Positions 57,591 to 64,000 of a stretch of 64,000 nt of DNA are shown here, in pieces. The notes under the pieces were generated by a model that searched no databases, was not told where the DNA came from, and worked only from the letters and a program-made list of their open reading frames with translations. The stretch's first letter is position 1. The number at the start of each line of letters is the position of its first letter. The position numbers and the translations under genes are program-made. The DNA is from Takakia lepidozioides (Eukaryota; Plantae; Bryophyta). Location of the stretch: assembly GCA_030704615.1 (NCBI GenBank), contig CM060733.1, forward strand, positions 68,820,001 to 68,884,000, written 5' to 3'.

Positions 57591-60500
57591 GGGTGTGTAC
57601 TTTGCATGAGCGGTGAACATGAGCATGAGCAGAATGTAGCATGAGCAGCGGAATTTCCAGGGAATATTCCTCGATATTTGGATTTTCAACCGCAATTCCG
57701 ACAGCTTTTGAAGTTGAAAAAGGGTAGGTGTACCATCAGTAAGAGCAACATTCCGTAGGTTCGGTTACTCAAAATTAGGTTCGGCAGTTGCCGAACCTAT
57801 GTAGTCGTTGCCGATTACAGACTCTGGGCCGAGAGGTCTACCCGGGGCAAATACCCCAGAGGCAAATACCCGCGAGAATAGGGGCACGGTAGAAAGTCCG
57901 CGGGAATAGGTACACTATTAAAACATGCTATAAATTAATGGAAGGCATGAAGTGTAGTTAGTATGAGCAGATAATTCAAATGTGGGAGATCGCATATTGT
58001 TAATTAATAAATATGGCGGGAATGAGATTTGAGCCCTGAATCACCACTGTAACATGCAGGCATTCTCATTTATGGCATGCACAAGAAGTTGAACTCGAGA
58101 CCTAAAGAGAATGAAACTGATCATGCAGAGGATGTTATCCATTACAAATATAAACAGAAGATTCTTCTGGCATGTGCCACGATGAAACGGCTAAAAACAA
58201 AAAAGAAGGAAAAAGTATCGGCCAGGTGGAAAGTGGACGGTGGAATGATATCTACAACGGCATTAAAAAATTTATTTTGAAACAACCGGAAGCTCCAAAA
58301 TAATAGAGGATATGCTGTTCGACGCCTACCAGGTTTTGTCACGAGCGAAAGCGACTTAGGGTACATGACTACTTGTAGTCTACAATGACTACAAGCACAT
58401 TGCTGTATGCCACTTTCTCTTTCAATAGAAGGGCTGATGTTCAACGCCTACTACCTTTTGTCAATGACAGCAACGCTTTCGGCTGGCTGTCACTTGTAGT
58501 CTGCAACGACTACAACCATGTTTGGGATCACTTTCTCTTCCAATCAATTGTGTTTTTGGATAGTCCGTTTTTAGATAAGATGGACGTGAGCGAGGCGCCA
58601 GCAGTAGTGGTGTCAATGCAAATGGGGAGGACACGTCTGCATCGATGTCATGGTGGACTCCCTTTATGGACGATATCGCCGAGTGCCTTGCTAAGCACGA
58701 AAATGACGAGACAATGTTGCTTTAGCAGACCGTCAATGGGAACGGCCCTTCAGCAGGGACTCCACTGCAGATTCTGACGACAACGAGGATGATGATGAAG
58801 ATGAACACATTGACATTGATGTGGAAGGTGAGGAGATGGAGGTACATGAAAAGGATGATTTCCGATGGACAAGGGCAAGCATGGAAATCATTGAAATGTA
58901 TTCAATGGAGTTTGTTATTGCAGGAGAAACATGTCGAGCAACAAACGAATGATGCACTGTTTGCCAAGACTGTCCAGTAGAGGGCGAGTCAGTCCGCATT
59001 CTCAGTGAGTGCAGCCATTCCTTTCACTCTACATGCATTGAAGGGTGGCTGCTTCGAAACGGGTCATGCCCTGTTTGCCGTAATAGGATCTGAGACATTG
59101 TAGTCACTACAGAAAGAAAACTTATATGTACTTCATGACATAGAAGTGGCTAAAGGAGGCTATGATCATTGAGATCGGCAACAACTATCATGAATAAAAA
59201 TAAATTGTACCTCTTTGACGTTTTGTACTTTGGCTTCTATTTTCAAAATTTTGAATGGAGTGCTGTGCTTTAGCTGTTTTGTTCAGTTGGAAAGTGATTG
59301 GACACGTCATTTGATGTTTGCCCAATAACCTTAAAGTCGGCAACGACTTTAAGGATCCGCTTCGAGTTTCTGAAATGAAAAATACGATGATTGTGAACAT
59401 GCGTTGAGGTGAATGGACATTGCCTCACACCCCTCATCCGGATCTACTACAGTGTAGGTAGTCGGCAACGACTACAAAAAAATCAAAATGGATATGCAGG
59501 TTCCAGCAAACGTGGATAAGGTAGATTTTTAATTAGTTTTATTTCATCCCAAATCTGGAACCTTGGAAACTCTTTTCAAGTGCAGAAGGTGTTTCCTCTC
59601 ACAAATGCAGTCCCAAGTCTCTATAGTCGGCACCGACTTCAATGATTTCAAGAAGATGAGCACGATGGCACAACATCCGTGCTTCAAACAAACAACTGTG
59701 AACCCACGGGAATATTGATTTCCATGACATTTATTTTGGTGCACGTTGTTTTGGCCATGTCAGCAACAAAATCCAGTGTGTATATAGTTTGTGTGTTATG
59801 AAATGCTGCTGACAAGATTGTATATCCGGGACGCCCATGTCTTGTAGTCGGCACAGACTACCAGAATTGACTGAAAGAAGATGGATATGGAGTCATATTT
59901 TATTGCAAAAAAGTGGGAGTTGAAAAATGAGCTCATCTGAGCAAAGAGTTGGAGTTAACAAGTTCATCCAAATAGTCATGCACTTTGTAGTCGGCACAGA
60001 CTACAAGGATTCCAAGCATGTCCTGTTTCCAAACCTGTTTAAAAAATGAGCTTATCCGAGGAAAGAGTTGGAGTTAACAAGTTCATCCAAATGGTCATGC
60101 ACTTTGTAATCGGCACAGACTACAGGGATTCCAAACATGCAGGATATCCAATGCGTCTCTATGGGACCCAAGGACAGGGATCACAAACTAACATACCCCT
60201 GACCTCAGATATAGTGAGAATTGCGTGATCGATGACTTCCTGGTCTTCCCGCATCTTCAAACGGCGCAGCATAATATAGTATATGTGCTTGCAGTGGGTG
60301 TAGGATCTTTTTGCTTTCTTCATTTTCTCAAAATCAGGGCATGTGCACTCCGGACTCTAGAGATACAAACATTGTACACCTCCCCTGCTTTTGCTGATCC
60401 CGGTGTGCATAGTGTGTATACATGTCCAATTCCCGGGCGAGGAACATCCTTGAATGATTGCACCGTGGCCTGCAAAGACTGAGCTAACTCCATCTTCTTA

Positions 60501-61130
60501 CGAGCAAGTGTTGAACATTTCTTCCGCCGGTATATACTCTGTCCCATCTTTTTGTCGCGTACGTGTCCGGATCCAGATTATTGATATCTTCCGCAACACA
60601 GTCTCATTCACCTTGAGAATTGCCCACGTCATCTGGGGGAACAAGTCGAAAGCCTGCTTTGGTCAAGGAGTCAACCTCCAAAGTCTCCACTTACATGTCA
60701 GCAGTGCATGTGGTCACTCTTGGTCCACCAGCACCTTCACGACGCCTCAGTGTCGTTCGGAGGTTTAAGTCAGACCTCCAGGAGTGAACAGGTTCCTCCT
60801 CGTGCAAGTTGCCGAGAACAATCTTTCGTTTTGTTGTTCGAGTTAGGAGATCACCCTCGAGCCCTGGATTTCATCCATGAAGCTCAGTGCCATCTACGAA
60901 AGACCTGACCGCTTCTGCCATTTTAGCTGGATCAGACAATCGCGATGCAGCACGGGCTAGCAGTTGTGCCCGGTCGGGTCCGGATCCCTTTGCTTCACCC
61001 TTAAGATAACTGTGGTAGTCACATGATTGCATAATTGCCCTCGTCAAGTCGTTCATGGTGGTTGTATAAAGGTCGACCTTTGATACACTGCTCCCGGCCT
61101 GCCAGCTCGCATGCACGGCTGATGGAGGTC
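57591..61130 (-). mobile_element. Mutator family C copy 2 (inverted, internally deleted)
   Basis: Starts GGGTGTGTACTTTGCATGAGC and is the reverse complement of 49061-52908 with indels. Transposase remnant HASWQA..DL..T..DL.RAIMQ..G.GPDR at 60871-61116. SWIM remnant at 60170-60500. Far boundary not found. Confidence 0.78.
58580..59093 (+). pseudogene. RING-H2 cargo, second copy with premature stops
   Basis: Paralog of 51379-51903. Has TGA immediately before CTVC (CGA in the other copy) and a TAG near 58722. Confidence 0.8.
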
Positions 61131-62482
61131 ATACGCGAGCAGCACGCAGACGACGGGTGAACGCAAAGATTATGGATGTGAAGAGTTCCGATCTGGGCCT
61201 CATACGGCGTGCAATGAATCGTATGAATGTGTGAGTTTCTATCCCCACTTCTGCTCACATGAGCATAGGTATAGGGTTTAGCAATTCGGGGATGTCCTTT
61301 GCATGGGGTTGCAGGTCTTGCATAAGTAGTCCCAGTGGGTGATTCATGGACTAATTTGTAGATTCAACCATCTCCGACGAATTTGGTAAGTGCAGTTATA
61401 GTCGGAGCCGACTATAATTGAGGGGATTGACTTCTTCAGAATGGAGACGTCATTCCAATTCATTAATTAGACATGTAAAGTGAGATGGAGTCAGAAGTAT
61501 TGCCTGGTGGGAGGGAGTTCAGAGAAGATGCCGAGTATGCCTCCGTTGAGAACCGCCTCGCTACAAGTATGGTTTGCGCCGACTATACCATGGAGCCCAC
61601 CCTAAACCCTAAAATCCCTGCTGAGTTTTAAGGTAGGTCTTTCTTTCACGAATTTCAATAAGGTCCATGGTCACATGAAGGTCTTGTTCTGTGCGTTTTG
61701 CAGCGTGACAGATCGTGGAAATGTGTCCAACGACCTTCCGCATAAGCTATTCTACTTCCAGAAGTGCGCAACTACACCTATTGAGCAGTACCAATCAGCT
61801 CTTCCAGCGGACGTCTACGAGAAGTGCTTGAACAAGCGGGATGGGAACTGGATGACTATGCCGTGATATTTCAGAATTACCTCCAGATTTCCATTCCCCT
61901 CATGTTTTCATCCATTTTTACATTTCATCCATTTCCACATTTCATTTTGAGATCTCAGAAAGTCCGACAGATTTTTATTTGGGCGTTCGACGTCGAACAC
62001 CGCCGCCGGCACTTCGCTCCGGGAGCTGCGGTGCTATTTTCTGTTGATCGAAAGCGGTTGGAAATGGTCGGTACCTCCTGGAACGGCCACGCCGTCATAC
62101 TTTTACGCGGCCATTTTGAGAGGCGTGATTGGCCGATTCATCCTCTCTCATTTCCTTTAGAAGTCTATTTGGAACTTACTTAATTTCATATTCATCAAGG
62201 CAGTTTGTGTCATTTTGGGCCTTTTTCGGAATGGTTTCAAATTAGACCTTCCACATCTTTATCCTATATCGTTTGCACCTGGAGTTCGTCTTTCCTTATA
62301 TATCCAAACAGGCTCATAGGTTTCATACTCGCGGGATGTGGTTGGGGCTCACAATGGGAGTGGTTGGGAATATTCTTTAGATCTGATGGGTTCCATGACG
62401 TTTAAAGATTATCTCCAATCTTGCTACCATTGTGGACCATCCCCTCATCCCCTCGTTTTTGTTTATCTCTCAATTTTTCCGC

Positions 62483-63700
62483 TCAACAACCTGGCACTGT
62501 TCGACGTCGAACAGTGCCGCGGCTCCGCCACTGGACCTTGATTTGTGAATTCAAGGATAGAAAAATTAGGTTCGGCGCAGGCTCGGCGCAAGTTCGGAGT
62601 TGTGTTCGGCGAGGAATACTCCTCTGAATGCCGGATAATGCCGTGTTCGGCGGTATTTGCTCATGGAATCTTGGGTCTCTGCTCATGAAAAACTCAACCT
62701 CCTCCAGATCATAGTAATACGGCCCAAAGTAGGGAAGGAAATCCACGGTAACATCATGTGGTGTATCCAGGACCATGACGTCCTCCATCACAAATAATTC
62801 AAGATCCATGGTAGGGTCTGTCGCCCGTTTAACACAATACCAGTGACCCCAAAACTGGAAGGGCGTGCCCATGGGAATGGGAACTGGGTCAGACACAAGA
62901 GGTTGTGGCCAGAACATGCTCTGGAATGGCCTTGTGAGCAATATCTTGGCGCCTCTGTGAGAAATAGTGGGATCCTCACGGCGTCGAAGTGGAGGAGGCA
63001 ACAAAATATCTCGGGCTCTCCTGGGAGTATGAGGTGCACGAAGTCGTCGTGGTCGAGGGAGCCCGACTAACCACTCGGAGTAAGAGGGCATGACCCCGCC
63101 CAACGGACTAGGTAGGGACAAAGATGCATCATCATCATCAGATGATGAGGACACCAGGGGGGGGGGGGGGGCTCTACGCCCAAAAACCTTAGAACGACAA
63201 TCAAACCCCGCGACCCTATACATCTCATCTATGTCATGTTGAGGGAAGAAAATGGTCACATCAGGCACAGGTTGTGGCTCAAAACAAGCAAGAAGACGCA
63301 GTGAAATGCCTCCTGCGCAATGTGATTGTGAGCTTGGACATCAAGTCGCGGCTGCAATATGCATGATGCATCAATACTTACGTCATAATTTATATTGTAT
63401 CAATATAAGTAGTATAATATAAATCATACTAGTACAAATGTACTTATATATAGAATATTTAATGAGGGGAGGGGGTAGAAGAAGACTCACCCTTACCGGC
63501 TAGATGCGCACTTGAGGTGATCCTCAAAGTTTGGCGTCATCCACACCATCTGAAATCTGCCCCCGGACCCTTGTACGATGGTTTCCACCCCGTGGAGGTG
63601 CACCCACCGTCTTCTCCTCATGAATGGAAGGCAATGGTGGTACGAGTGCCGGCTCCAAATCCTCAAGGGTGAGAGGTCGATGACTTCCTACCATAATATC
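62483..63700 (-). CDS. Possible spliced gene of unknown function (Pro/Arg/Asp-rich)
   Basis: 261-aa ORF at 62483-63268 plus a possible upstream exon at about 63495-63700 with splice-like signals. No recognisable domain. Confidence 0.25.
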
Positions 63701-63801
63701 AACCTAGACAAATACCACTAAGACCGTTAGGAAAATCAAGTGAGGGCAAGGAAATAGAGGTTTGAAAAATAAAAAATAAAAATCTCAGTACATTTTAGAA
63801 C

Positions 63802-64000
63802 CAGTGTTGTGCCGGTATATCATATACCCGGGCCGTATACCCGCCGGGTATATCAGGGTATAACCATTTAACTATAACCCAACCCGGCGGTTTTACTTAC
63901 CCGCGATTAGAATATAAGCGGAGGGTACTTAGTACATAATTACCCTAATGTGTACCATTTCTATTGAACCGCAAACAAATATGCTAACAAAATGAATTAC
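63802..64000. mobile_element. Possible hAT-like or MITE terminus
   Basis: CAGTGTTG start followed by clustered ATACCC/GGGTAT motifs in both orientations. The other end is not in the window. Confidence 0.3.

Overview
Eukaryotic, transposon-dense window, most likely from a seed-free land plant (spliceosomal introns, PLS-type PPR fragments, an ATL-like RING-H2, a CACTA element). No ordinary host gene is evident. The window holds nested elements: (1) two head-to-tail copies of a Penelope-like retroelement, (2) a complete 15.4-kb Mutator-like element (MULE-A, 1233-16641, 11-bp TSD), (3) a complete 13.7-kb CACTA element (20574-34236, TSD ACC), (4) a solo LTR (36616-37637, TSD AAATT), and (5) partial copies of two related Mutator families (B, 40684-49060; C, about 49061-61600). 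The main finding is a layout shared by all three Mutator families. A GCM-like/DDE/SWIM transposase is transcribed divergently from a gene with a ParB/Srx-like domain (DGNHR), which in families A and B is a large intron-containing gene also carrying a beta-class N4/N6 DNA-methyltransferase-like domain. Between the genes lie arrays of family-specific palindromes that share the core CGGYRCCG; in family A they also occur in introns. This resembles a transposon-encoded, sequence-specific self-recognition or DNA-marking (anti-silencing) system. That function is inferred, not shown. Many reading frames carry single-base indels, several in homopolymers, so some pseudogene calls may be assembly errors.
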